A stretch of 64,000 bases of DNA, taken from assembly GCA_963665845.2 (NCBI GenBank), contig OY762492.1, positions 3,360,001-3,424,000 of the forward strand. Direction: 5' to 3'. The notes beneath the pieces were generated by a model. The model saw only the letters and a program-made list of their open reading frames with translations. It did not search any database and had not been told where the DNA came from. Shown piece by piece: positions 11,021 through 21,600 of this stretch. The first letter of the stretch is position 1; each line of letters starts with the position of its first letter. Made by a program: the position numbers and the translations under genes. The stretch comes from Candidatus Poribacteria bacterium (GTDB lineage: Bacteria > Poribacteria > WGA-4E > GCA-2687025).

Positions 11021-12877
11021 TTACCAGTAGAGAATGTCTTTTAAGGTGATGACCGCAAAGAGCGCCATCAAAGCCCATATGCTGACATTTTGAATAGCCG
11101 CTTGAATCTTCAAGCTCAACGGGCGCCCGCGCGCGCCTTCATATAAAAAGAACAGAATCTGACCCCCGTCCGCAATCGGTATCGGCAGCAGGTTCACAAT
11201 CGCCAAGTTGATGCTGATCCAAGCCATCAGCCGAAGCACCGAGTAGACGGTCGTCCATGTCCAGCCGTCGCCGAGCATCTTCTGCGTCACATTCACAATG
11301 CCGACCGGCCCGCTCACAAACTTTGGCGACACTTCTCCAGAGACGAGCCGCTTCAAAAAGGAGACGATCTCCTTGACCGAATCGCCCGCCATGGAGACGC
11401 CCTTGCCGATGGAGCCGATAGCGCCGTGCCGTTCCGTTTTCGGGGGAGCCGCGCCGACCAGATACCGCTCCGACGCGTCGGCGTCGGTCAACACAAACTG
11501 CTCCGCAAGCGCCAAGCCGTTCAGCTTCAGATAAGACGGATTTTCGGCAAGGTTGGACCGCAGCGTCAAGCCTTCGATCTGGACGCGCCCGTCCCGAACG
11601 ACCGCCTCCGTTTCGATCTGAATGCCGCCGCCCAGAACGGCAGAATCGCGCGCAAACTCTAAGGTCGACAACCTGCCCTCGGCGGAAGCGCGCTCAACCG
11701 ACGCGAGCGCGCCGTCATAGTCGGAGACGGGAACGCCGTTCACGGAGATCAGCCGGTCCCCCAAGCGCAGCTTCTCGACGGCGGGGTTGACCGCGGCGTC
11801 CGCCTCCGCGGCCGTAACGGAGATCGACAGGGCAAGCTTCGCGTACAGCGGCTGAAGCTCTTCTCCGTCTTTTTCAAAGGTCAGTCGGCGCGTCTCTTGA
11901 TCTGCGCCGCTCAAGATAAGAGCGCGGGCGTCCGCGGCGGAACGTATCGGCTTTCCGTCAATCTCGGTCAGATAGGAGCCGAGCGCGACGCCTTTTTCCG
12001 CATACGCCTCTGCAGGTTCCTGCGCAACCGCCACGCGCGTCAGCGCCGTGAAACGCCCCGTCCCGCCGTCCTCAAACGCCACCTCGGTTTCCTTCCCCGC
12101 CGAGTTGCGCAGCGCCTCTCCGAGGTACCCCTCCACTCCGCCGATGGACGCGATGACGCGAGGCTTCGCTGTTTTATCGCCTTCTTTGTAGGCGGCTAAG
12201 GAAAACATCCGCCGGACGCCGATCTGCCCCATCTCCATTTTGTCGCGCATGACAGGTCTTGGGGTGAGGTTGATCTCCATCTCGGCGCCTTCCCGCAGCG
12301 CCTTGATGGTGGTCGGCTTGTCGGGGCGCAGCATCACCTCTTGGGTCAATTCGTTGAAGGAGTCGATGGGGCGCCCGTTGACTTCTAGGACGCGGTCGCC
12401 TGGGCGCAAGCCCGCCATGGCGGCGGGGGAGCGGTAGGACGGGTCGTCCCAATAGGCGCCTTCTCCCGCTTCCGTTTCGGTCACCTCGCCGATGAGCGGC
12501 TCCGGTTCAACAGGGATTCCGCCCGCCGCCAGAACTGCAAAGAGAACCGCGCCGAGCAGAATGTTGCTCAACGGTCCGGCGCCGACGACCGCGAGACGCT
12601 TCCAAACAGGCGCTTGATGAAACTCCCCCTCTAGCCGTTCTTCGTCTTCAGAGTATTCGCCGGGGAATTTCACATATCCGCCGGCGGGTATCATGGAGAG
12701 TCGGTATTCGGTGCCGCCGCGCGTGAATTTGATCAATGGACGGCCGAAGCCGATCGAGAACACCTCCGCATGGATTCCGACCGCTTTTCCCATCAAAAAA
12801 TGCGCAAGTTCATGAATAAAAATGAGCGCGCTCAACAGCAGCAGCGCAATCAGGATCGTCAATACGCTTCCAAACAT
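11021..12877 (-). CDS. rseP: RIP metalloprotease RseP with expanded PDZ region
   Basis: HELAH, FSIGFG, SPAAMAGLRPGDRVLEVNG (PDZ), SGPVGI, NLLPIPIADGG; follows dxr. Confidence 0.92.
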   Translation of the reverse strand: MFGSVLTILIALLLLSALIFIHELAHFLMGKAVGIHAEVFSIGFGRPLIKFTRGGTEYRLSMIPAGGYVKFPGEYSEDEERLEGEFHQAPVWKRLAVVGAGPLSNILLGAVLFAVLAAGGIPVEPEPLIGEVTETEAGEGAYWDDPSYRSPAAMAGLRPGDRVLEVNGRPIDSFNELTQEVMLRPDKPTTIKALREGAEMEINLTPRPVMRDKMEMGQIGVRRMFSLAAYKEGDKTAKPRVIASIGGVEGYLGEALRNSAGKETEVAFEDGGTGRFTALTRVAVAQEPAEAYAEKGVALGSYLTEIDGKPIRSAADARALILSGADQETRRLTFEKDGEELQPLYAKLALSISVTAAEADAAVNPAVEKLRLGDRLISVNGVPVSDYDGALASVERASAEGRLSTLEFARDSAVLGGGIQIETEAVVRDGRVQIEGLTLRSNLAENPSYLKLNGLALAEQFVLTDADASERYLVGAAPPKTERHGAIGSIGKGVSMAGDSVKEIVSFLKRLVSGEVSPKFVSGPVGIVNVTQKMLGDGWTWTTVYSVLRLMAWISINLAIVNLLPIPIADGGQILFFLYEGARGRPLSLKIQAAIQNVSIWALMALFAVITLKDILYW

Positions 12878-12880
12878 TGA

Positions 12881-14050
12881 TCAAACAACGCCTTCCATTA
12901 GTGATTGTACCTCTTCTTTCGCCCATTCGTCCGCCGCCAGCGCCTCTTTTAAGGTCGGCGAGGCGATGGAGTCGTGCCGCCGCATCGCCTCTGACAAGAG
13001 GGTCGGAATCTGATCGAATCGTATTTTTTTCTTTAAAAAAGCCGCCGCCGCCGCTTCGTCCGCTCCGCTCAACGCCGCCGGCATCGTTCCGCCCGCTTTT
13101 CCCGCCTCATACGCCAGACGCAAACACGGGAACCGCTCTAGGTCGGGCGGCTCAAAGGTCAAGGAGCCGATCTCGGCAAGCCGCATACGCCCGACTCCGC
13201 TCGGAAGATGACGGGGGTAGGTCAACGCATACTGAATCGGGACGCGCATGTCGGGCAGACCCATCTGCGCCAGGACGGAGCCGTCCTTCAACTCCACATA
13301 AGAATGCACAATGCTCTGCGGATGCACAACCACATCGATTCTGTCCATGTCCATGTCGAACAGCCAGCGCGCCTCAATCGCCTCAAAGCCCTTGTTCATG
13401 AGCGTCGCCGAGTCGATCGTCACTTTGGCGCCCATGTCCCAGTTTGGATGGTTCAGCGCCTGTTCGGGGGTGATTTCTTTAAAGCGTTCGCGCGGCGTTT
13501 CGCGGAAGGGGCCGCCGGAGGCTGTTAATCCGAGGCGCGCCACATCGCCGCGGTTTTGGACGCCTTCTAAGCATTGAAACACGGCGCTCATTTCGCTGTC
13601 GACCGGCAGAATGCGCGCGCCGCTTTGCGCCGCCGTTTTCATCAGCAATTCGCCCGACAGCGCCAGCGCTTCTTTATTCACAAACGCGATGTCAATCCCC
13701 GCCCGCGCCGCTTCAAAGGTCGGGATCAGCCCTGCCCGTCCGCCGATGCCGCATAGCGTCATATCCAGATCCGGAAGGGAGGCGGCTTGGGCGAGGCTGT
13801 CTTCGCCGGCGGCAACCTGTATGTCCAGCCCGCGCAGCCGATCCGCCAGTACAGCGGCGGCGTCCGGATTCGACATGACCGCAAGGCGCGGTTTAAAACG
13901 GCGCGCCTGCTTTTCCAGCAGGTCCACATTTGAATGCGCCGACAATGCGGTCAGCTGAAACAGGTCGGGATGCAGCCGCGCCGTTTTGAGCGCGCTGCGC
14001 CCGATGGAACCTGTTGAGCCTAAAATTGCGATCCGCTTTTTCGGAATCAT
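12881..14050 (-). CDS. dxr: 1-deoxy-D-xylulose-5-phosphate reductoisomerase
   Basis: ILGSTGSIG, LPVDSE, LTASGGPF, HPNWDMGAKVTIDSATLMNKG. Confidence 0.97.
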   Translation of the reverse strand: MIPKKRIAILGSTGSIGRSALKTARLHPDLFQLTALSAHSNVDLLEKQARRFKPRLAVMSNPDAAAVLADRLRGLDIQVAAGEDSLAQAASLPDLDMTLCGIGGRAGLIPTFEAARAGIDIAFVNKEALALSGELLMKTAAQSGARILPVDSEMSAVFQCLEGVQNRGDVARLGLTASGGPFRETPRERFKEITPEQALNHPNWDMGAKVTIDSATLMNKGFEAIEARWLFDMDMDRIDVVVHPQSIVHSYVELKDGSVLAQMGLPDMRVPIQYALTYPRHLPSGVGRMRLAEIGSLTFEPPDLERFPCLRLAYEAGKAGGTMPAALSGADEAAAAAFLKKKIRFDQIPTLLSEAMRRHDSIASPTLKEALAADEWAKEEVQSLMEGVV

Positions 14051-14069
14051 CGCCTCAGTTCGTTCATTT

Positions 14070-14849
14070 TTAAACGTTGGACAGCCAGTACCAGTAATAA
14101 TACAGCGCCGGGAACGTAAAGACGAAGCTATCGAACCGGTCTAAAAAACCGCCATGCCCCGGAAACAGCGTTCCCGAATCTTTGACGCCGCCGCTGCGTT
14201 TCAACGCCGAGGCGAACAGGTCGCTCATTGGGGCTGTTAGCCCGACAATCATTCCCGCGCCCAGCGCCGCCTTCCATTCAACGGCTCCGAGCCATGCGCC
14301 GGCGAGCCAGCCGGCAACGGCGGCGCCCGCAAACCCTGCCGCAAACCCCTCCCATGTTTTCCGCCCGCTGATGTTCGGCGCCAGAGGCAGCTTGCCCAAA
14401 TACCGCCCGACGAAATACGCCGCCGAGTCGCATATCCAGACCGTCAAGGCGGTCAACAGAAGCCAGCGCGCTCCCTCCAGGCGATGCAGCCGAATGCCAT
14501 GCCAGCCAAAACACCAGCCGAACAGAACGACCCCGAACAGAACGCAGCTGGACCGCTTCAAAAACGTATCGACCGGACCTTTGAAGACGACAGGGATAAG
14601 CGAGCCTAACGCCAGCAAGCCGATCCAGCCGCCGAAGAGCGACGCCGCCCCCGCCGCGAGAGCCGCCCATGCCCGTTCTATGCGGTTGAGCGGCGCGCCC
14701 GCCTCGGACGCGATTCTGCCGTACTCCCAGCACATTCCCGCCGAGAGCGCGCATAATAGCCCCGCCGCCGAAACGCCCCATGGGTCGAACCATAAAATAT
14801 ACAGCCCGATCGGGAGCAGTACCGCCGCTGTCAACAGACGCCGGCGCAT
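14070..14849 (-). CDS. cdsA: Phosphatidate cytidylyltransferase
   Basis: DSAAYFVG, ISGRKTWEG, KRSGGVKDSGTLFPGHGGFLDRFDS. Confidence 0.95.
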   Translation of the reverse strand: MRRRLLTAAVLLPIGLYILWFDPWGVSAAGLLCALSAGMCWEYGRIASEAGAPLNRIERAWAALAAGAASLFGGWIGLLALGSLIPVVFKGPVDTFLKRSSCVLFGVVLFGWCFGWHGIRLHRLEGARWLLLTALTVWICDSAAYFVGRYLGKLPLAPNISGRKTWEGFAAGFAGAAVAGWLAGAWLGAVEWKAALGAGMIVGLTAPMSDLFASALKRSGGVKDSGTLFPGHGGFLDRFDSFVFTFPALYYYWYWLSNV

Positions 14850-15595
14850 CAATCCGCGCCGACCCGCGAAGCCTCTACCAATGCGCGAAACAGGCGCCGC
14901 GCCTCTTCCAGCGAGTCGCCCATCGATTCAGGGTGCCATTGAACGCCCGCCGCGAACCGATGCGCCCGGCTCTCAATGCCCTCAATGACGCCGTCAACGG
15001 CATGCGAGACGGCATGAAACGGCTCTGGAACATTCGCGGCGGCTTGATGATGAAACGAATTGACGCGGAAGGTCAGCGAGCCGAACGCTTCAGCCAGCAG
15101 GCTGCCGCTTTCAACCTTCACCATATGGACTCCCAGCCAGACAGGCGCTTTTTGAACATGCTGTATCGGCTTTGGAACGACCGAGGGGATGTCCTGGATG
15201 ACAGAGCCGCCGGCGGCGACGTTCAATATCTGAATCCCCTTGCATACGCCCAAGACAGGCATGTCCCGTTCCAGCGCGAGGCGGCACAGGTTCAGCTCAA
15301 ACAGATCCCGCAGCGGGTCAACCGCCCCCAGCCCCTGCGCCGGTTCCTCGCCAAACAGATGCGGGGCGATGTCCCCTCCGCCTGAAAAGAGGACGCCGTC
15401 TACCGCGTCCAAGTACGCCTTCGCCGCTTCAGGGTCGGTCGCGGTCGGCAGGAGCAGCGGCGTTCCGCCCGCCGTCCAGACGCTTTGCGCATAATCGTCC
15501 TTCAGGCGATGCGTTCCGTTCATGCGGTTCGGGTCGCGCACCCCCTCGGCGGGGTCCAGCTGGCAGGTGATTCCGATGATGGGTCGGTTTGGCAA
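14849..15595 (-). CDS. Gamma-glutamyl-gamma-aminobutyrate hydrolase family (peptidase C26)
   Basis: FSGGGDI, LGVCKGIQILNVAAGG, VNSFHHQA, GVQWHPE. Confidence 0.92.
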   Translation of the reverse strand: MPNRPIIGITCQLDPAEGVRDPNRMNGTHRLKDDYAQSVWTAGGTPLLLPTATDPEAAKAYLDAVDGVLFSGGGDIAPHLFGEEPAQGLGAVDPLRDLFELNLCRLALERDMPVLGVCKGIQILNVAAGGSVIQDIPSVVPKPIQHVQKAPVWLGVHMVKVESGSLLAEAFGSLTFRVNSFHHQAAANVPEPFHAVSHAVDGVIEGIESRAHRFAAGVQWHPESMGDSLEEARRLFRALVEASRVGAD

Positions 15596-15630
15596 ATTTG
15601 CCTCCTATAAAGCAAACAACACTCTAGACC

Positions 15631-15917
15631 GTCATTCCCGCGTAAGCGGGAATCTAGAGGCGGCACAGAAACCGTCCGCATCCGCCCGCCGACATGTCCC
15701 AACTAAAGCCTCAAGGTCAGCAATTAAAGATGACAAAGCGGCTCCATTGGGGCAATATTAACACAAAAGAGAATGGAACGCAAGAGAGGGTAGTACGCTC
15801 ATACGGGGATATCTGCGGCGCCGCGTCCGATTCCCCCTTGAAAAGGGGGCTAGGGGGGTTTAAAGAACGGGCGCGGCTGCTGCGACGCCTTAAGATTCCC
15901 GCTTACGCGGGAATGAC
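15631..15917. repeat. Composite repeat cluster in divergent intergenic region
   Basis: REP at 15631 and ~15893; TGTCCCAACT...GGTCAG at 15695-15720; GTACGCTCATACGG at 15793; CCCCCTTGAAAAGGGGGCTAGGGGGG at ~15833. Confidence 0.85.
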
Positions 15918-15999
15918 GACAAGCGGCGCGGGCGCTTAGAGTCAAAATGAAATCCCCGCATGGGCGTATCACCCAAGAGAGAGCGGAAGGACGAAAACG

Positions 16000-16743
16000 A
16001 TGACGATCTATCCAGCGATCGATATGCTGGGGGGGCGGTGCGTGCGTCTTCAGCAGGGGGACCCGAATAAGGAAATTGTTTTTGCCGACGATCCGGTGAG
16101 TATGGCGCGCAAGTGGGCGGAGCAGGGCGCGGAATGGCTGCATATTGTGGATCTGGACGGCGCCTTTTCGGGTCAGCCCCGCAACGCCGAAGCGATCCGA
16201 AACATAGCCCGGTCGGTCGATAGGCCGATGCAGCTCGGCGGCGGGCTTCGGAATCCTGAACAGGTCGAGGCGGCGTTTGACGCCGGCATTCAGCGGGTCA
16301 TCATCGGAACCGCCGCCATTGAACAGCCGCAGATGGTCGCCCAGGTGGCAAAGAGGTTTCCGAATCGAGTGGCGGTCGGCATTGACGCGCGGGACGGGTT
16401 CGTCGCGGCGCGGGGATGGCGCGATGTGACCGACATTCCCGCTGTTGAATTCGCTCAAGACGCCGAACGGCTCGGAGCCGCCGCCATCATTTATACGGAC
16501 ATCGGGCGCGACGGCATGCTCACCGGGCATAACATTGAGGCGACCGTCAAGATCGCCGGCTCCGTCTCGATACCGGTCATCGGTTCGGGCGGCGTCAATT
16601 CGCTTCAAGATATTGAAAACGCCGCGAACGCCGACTCGCCCGGCATTGAGGGACTCATCACCGGCATGGCGCTTTATCAAGGCGTTTTCACCTTGAGAGA
16701 AGCCATCGAAACCGCCCAAAAAGCGGCGCGCAGCCGCTCATAA
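16000..16743 (+). CDS. hisA: ProFAR isomerase
   Basis: IYPAIDMLGGRCVRLQQG, LHIVDLDGA, QLGGGLR, YTDIGRDGML. Confidence 0.96.
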   Translation: MTIYPAIDMLGGRCVRLQQGDPNKEIVFADDPVSMARKWAEQGAEWLHIVDLDGAFSGQPRNAEAIRNIARSVDRPMQLGGGLRNPEQVEAAFDAGIQRVIIGTAAIEQPQMVAQVAKRFPNRVAVGIDARDGFVAARGWRDVTDIPAVEFAQDAERLGAAAIIYTDIGRDGMLTGHNIEATVKIAGSVSIPVIGSGGVNSLQDIENAANADSPGIEGLITGMALYQGVFTLREAIETAQKAARSRS

Positions 16744-16768
16744 ATCGAACCTTTCCTTTTAGAAAGCA

Positions 16769-18604
16769 ATGCCGCCAAGCAACCTGATCGAACGCATGCG
16801 AACGGAAATACTTGTCGGCGACGGCGGAATGGGCGCCTATCTCCATACGAAAGGTCTGCCGTTGGAAACCGCGTTTGATCAGTTGAATCTGACCCATCCG
16901 CGGCTCATCATGGAGGTTCATCAAGAGTATATCGAGGCGGGCGCGCAGACGATTGAGACGAACACCTTCGGGGCGAACCGCGTCAAGCTCTCTCTGGCGG
17001 GGCATGCTGATCAAACGCGACAGATCAACATCGCCGGGGCGCAGATTGCGCGGGAGGCGGCGGGAGGACGCGCCTATGTTCTCGGCTCCATCGGACCGAC
17101 CGGCGATCCGAAGGCGCAGGAGAGCCGCCCTCCGTCCGATGTGTTTGAGGAGCAGGCGGACGCGCTTGCCGAGGGAGGCGCGGACGCTTTTATCATTGAA
17201 ACCTTTGTTCGCCTGGACGAATTGACGGCGGCGGTCTCCGCGGCGAAGCGGGCGGCGGATCTGCCGGTCATCGCGCAGATTGCCGCGAGCGCGCAGGAGG
17301 AGGCGGAGCCGAAGCGCATTGTGGAGGCGCTGCTGAAGGCGGGCGCGGACGCGGTCGGCGTCAACTGCGGAACGGGCGGACCGAACGCGGCGCTCAAAGC
17401 GGTTCAGGCGTTCGCCGCGTCGACAACGGCTCCGCTTGCCGCCCACGCGAACGCCAGCTTTCCGACCTATGTTGAGGGGCGGTATATTTACGCGAACAAT
17501 GTTCCGTATTTTGCTGATATGGCAAAAAAAATGGCGGAGGCGGGCGCCAATCTTGTCGGCGGATGCTGCGGCACAACGCCTGAACATATCCGCGCCGTTC
17601 GGCTTCAAATCGGACAGCGCGCGCCGACGCCGAGGCAAAAGAAAAGATCGGCAAGCGTCTCCAAAACAGGGGCGCGAAGCAAAAGCAAGCGGCTTAACAT
17701 CGCCGTTCCGCCGCCGCCGAATTTTCTGGAACGCAAAGATCGGGATGTGAAGATCATCGTGGAGGTGGACCCGCCGAAGGGGTTGAATGTCGACAGCGCC
17801 GTGCGCGCCTCCGAGAAGTTGGCGGCGGCGGGCGCGGACGCGGTGAGCGTCGCCGAAAACCAGCTCGCCTCCCCAAGAATGAGCAGCTGGGCGTTGAGTC
17901 GAATTATTCAGCGCGTCGCGGGCATTCCCGCCATTTGCCACTGCACCTGCCGCGACCGGAACCTGATTGGGCAGCAGTCGGAACTGATGGGCGGATACAT
18001 TCTCGGCATCAACCATGTGCTTGCGATCACCGGCGATCCGATGTCGCTGGGCGGGCATGAAGGCTCCTCCGTGTTTGACACCAACTCGTTTGGGCTGATC
18101 GATATGATGAGCCGTTTGAACGCCGGCGAAAACCTGCGCGGCGAATCGATCGACAAGCCGACTCGGTTCATCATCGGATGCGGCGTCAACCCGAATCGGC
18201 GCAAGCTGGCAGGCGAAATACGCCGCCTTGAAAAAAAGCGGAGCCTCGGCGCCGTCTTTGCCATGACGCAGCCGCCCGCCGACATCCATATTCTGCGCGG
18301 CCTAAAGCGACAGACGGCGGAGATGGAGATCGAAATGTTCATCGGCGTCGTTCCGCTGGTGAGCGCGCGGAACGCCGAATTTCTTCATAACGAGGTGCCG
18401 GGCATCAACCTGTCAGACGAAACGCGCAGGCGCATGGCGAACGCCAAAGACCCGAAAGCCGCCGTCCAAGAAGGCGTCCAGATTGCTAAAGAGCAGGTCG
18501 GCCAGATCCTTGAGATCGGCTTCAAGGGGATTTATATCATACCGATGCTGCGGCGGTACAGCATGGCGCTGGAGCTGATCGAACATATACGGCTCCAAAC
18601 TTAA
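16769..18604 (+). CDS. yitJ: Bifunctional homocysteine S-methyltransferase / methylenetetrahydrofolate reductase
   Basis: GDGGMG, ETNTFGAN, GGCCGTTPEHI; C-terminal MTHFR part (EVDPPKG, CRDRNLIG, AEFLHNEVPGI). Confidence 0.9.
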   Translation: MPPSNLIERMRTEILVGDGGMGAYLHTKGLPLETAFDQLNLTHPRLIMEVHQEYIEAGAQTIETNTFGANRVKLSLAGHADQTRQINIAGAQIAREAAGGRAYVLGSIGPTGDPKAQESRPPSDVFEEQADALAEGGADAFIIETFVRLDELTAAVSAAKRAADLPVIAQIAASAQEEAEPKRIVEALLKAGADAVGVNCGTGGPNAALKAVQAFAASTTAPLAAHANASFPTYVEGRYIYANNVPYFADMAKKMAEAGANLVGGCCGTTPEHIRAVRLQIGQRAPTPRQKKRSASVSKTGARSKSKRLNIAVPPPPNFLERKDRDVKIIVEVDPPKGLNVDSAVRASEKLAAAGADAVSVAENQLASPRMSSWALSRIIQRVAGIPAICHCTCRDRNLIGQQSELMGGYILGINHVLAITGDPMSLGGHEGSSVFDTNSFGLIDMMSRLNAGENLRGESIDKPTRFIIGCGVNPNRRKLAGEIRRLEKKRSLGAVFAMTQPPADIHILRGLKRQTAEMEIEMFIGVVPLVSARNAEFLHNEVPGINLSDETRRRMANAKDPKAAVQEGVQIAKEQVGQILEIGFKGIYIIPMLRRYSMALELIEHIRLQT

Positions 18605-18621
18605 ACGCGGAAAGCGAACCG

Positions 18622-21600
18622 ATGGCTGTTTGGAAAACGCGCGACATCGAAGAGATGTTCAACGAACGGGCGATGCTCATCGACGGGGCGATGGGAACAA
18701 GCATACAGGCGCTGAATCTGTCGCCCGGCGATTTTGGGGGGGCGAGTCTGGACGGCTGCAACGAGCATTTATGCCTTGTCTTGCCGAACGCCATTGAGCA
18801 GATTCACCGCGACTATCTGGCGGCGGGCGCCGACATCATCGAGACGAACAGCTTTGGCGCGACCAGCATTGTTCTGGCGGAATACGAGCTTGAAGAGCAG
18901 GCGTTTCAGATCAACCGCGCGGCGGCGCAGATCGCGCGCCGCGCCGCAAACGCTTATTCCGATTCGAAGCCGCGCCTTGTCGCCGGGTCGATGGGTCCGG
19001 GGACGCGCTCCATCTCGCTCACAGGCGGCGTTACATGGGACGAGGTGGAGGAGGCGTACCGCGAGCAGGCGCTTGGGCTGCTGGACGGCGGCGCCGATAT
19101 GCTGTTTCTTGAAACGGCGCAGGACGCCCTCAACCTGAAGGCGGCCGCGCTGGGAGTCATGAGGGCGATGAATGAAACGGGCATACAGGCGCCGATCATG
19201 CTCTCCGGCACCATCGAAATGATGGGTACGGCGCTGGCGGGTCAGACGATAGAGGCGCTGATTGCGGCGGTTGAACATCTGCCGGCGTTCAGCGTCGGTC
19301 TCAACTGCGCGACCGGTCCGGCGTTTATGACCGACAGGCTGCGCGCCGCCGCCGAGCTTGCCAAGACGCGCGTCACGGTCGTCCCGAACGCGGGCTTGCC
19401 GGATGAGAACGGCAACTATCTTGAAACGCCTGAAAGCATGACGAAAACGCTGGAGCGGTTTGTCGACAACGGCTGGGTGAACGCTCTCGGCGGATGCTGC
19501 GGCACAACGCCCGCCCATATCGCCGCCTTCGCCGAGATGCTGGAGAACAAGCCGCCGCGCCGCGTCCCTCAATACTCCAAAACGCATGTGTCGGGGCTTG
19601 AGTATCTTGAGATTGAAGAGGACGGGAAGCCGTATCTTGTCGGCGAGCGAACGAATGTGCTTGGGAGCCGGCGGTTCAAGCGGCTTATCGCGGATGAAAA
19701 ATATGAGGAAGCGGCTGAAATCGGACGGAAGCAGGCGCGCGGCGGCGCCAATATCTTAGACATCTGCCTGCAAGACCCTGACCGAGACGAGCAGGAGGAC
19801 ATTCAAGCGTTCATGACCCGCTTAACCAAAATCGTCAAGCTGCCGCTCATGATCGACTCAACCGATCCCGCTGTCATCGAAACGGCGCTGAAGATGTGTC
19901 AAGGGAAATCGATCATTAATTCGATCAACCTTGAAGACGGGGAGGAGCGGTTTGAGCAGGTTGTCCCGCTTGGAAAGCGGTACGGCGCCGCCTTTATTGT
20001 CGGGACGATTGACGAGGATCCTGAGCAGGGGATGGGGGTTACGGTTGAGCGGAAGCTGGAAATTGCGCGCCGTTCGTATGATCTGTTGACGCGCAAATAC
20101 GCTGTTCCTGAAGAGGATATTATATGGGATCCGCTCGTGTTTCCCATCGGCGCGGGCGATGAAAATTACGCGCATGCGGGCAAGTACACCATTGAGGCGG
20201 TTGAACAGATCAAGGCGGAATTTACGCAAACGAAAACAGTTCTCGGCATCTCAAACGTCTCCTTCGGTTTGCCGACGGCGGGGCGGGAGGTACTGAACGC
20301 CGTTTTTATGTACCACTGCGCGGAGGCGGGGCTTGACCTAGCGATCGTCAACACGGAGCGGCTTGAGCGTTACGCCTCCATACCCGAAAAGGAGCGGCAG
20401 CTGTCGGAGCGGCTGATATTTGACAATTCGCCCGACGCGGTCGCCGAATTCACCGACTTTTACCGTAAAAGAAAAACGAAAAAACAGGCGGACGAATGGA
20501 GCGGCATGACGCTGCACGAACGGCTGGCGCGGCGCATTGTCGAAGGCGTCAAGGAGGGCATGCAGGCAGATCTGGACGAGGCGCTGCAGAGCCGCGCGCC
20601 GCTGGAGATTGTGAACGGTCCCCTCATGAGCGGAATGGACGAGGTCGGCCGTCTCTTCAACAACAATGAGCTGATTGTGGCGGAGGTTCTCCAGAGCGCC
20701 GAGGCGATGAAAGCGGCCGTCTCTCATCTGGAGCCGCATATGGAAACAGACGGCGAAGCGAGCGCGCGCGGCGCCGTACTTCTCGCCACGGTGAAGGGGG
20801 ATGTCCATGACATCGGCAAAAATCTGGTCGACATCATTCTCACGAACAACGGCTACCATGTGCATAACCTCGGCATCAAGGCGCCGCCGGAAGCGATCAT
20901 TCAGGCGTTCCATGAGAGCGACCCGGACATCATCGGCTTGTCGGGGCTGCTGGTGAAATCGGCGCATCAGATGGTCGCGACGGCGGAGGACCTTGCCAGC
21001 GCCGGCGTGTCGATACCGATACTGGTCGGCGGCGCGGCGCTGTCGAAGCGGTTCACCGAGACGCGCATCGACCCCGCCTACACAACAGGGCGCGCCTTTT
21101 ACGCCAAGGATGCGATGGAGGGGCTGGCGCTCGCCAACGCGCTCATGGACAAAGAGAAACGCGAACAGCTTCTTCAACCGACCGAGAAAGAGGCGCCGGC
21201 GAAGCGTGTCAACATCGAACGAACGGCGCCGACAAAGCCGAGAACGCGCAAGGCGGTTCAGCCTGTCGACCCGCCGAATCCGCCCAACCTGAACGCGCAT
21301 ATCGTGGAGGACGATCTGGACGCGCTGTTTGAATGGATCAACCCGCAGACGCTTTACGGGCGGGCGCTCGGTTACCGCGGCAACTTTGAGCGCAACCTGG
21401 CGGAGGGCGACCCGAAGGCGCTGGAGCTGCGCGGCATTGTGCGCAAGACGCTGGATCTGGCGTCGGTCAACAACTGGATACAGCCGAAAGCGGCGTATCA
21501 GTTTTTCCGCGCCGCGGCGGACGGCGACGCGATTCTCATCTTCAACCCGTCCGAAGAGGACGCGGTTGAACGGTTTGAGTTTCCGCGCCAGCAGGACCGC

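Noticed and set aside
14070-15595. uppS missing upstream of cdsA-dxr-rseP (peptidase C26 gene instead)
   Set aside because: Ordinary gene-order variation; nothing here suggests a functional link
15960-16000. SAM-I riboswitch-like text (TATC...AAGAGAGAGCGGAAGGAC) upstream of hisA-yitJ-metH
   Set aside because: Only the 5' fragment resembles the motif; it runs straight into the RBS and ATG, with no GCAACC/GTGC core or terminator
16688-18289. 533-aa antisense ORF and many other long overlapping ORFs
   Set aside because: Shadow frames of well-supported genes in high-GC DNA, with no recognisable motifs
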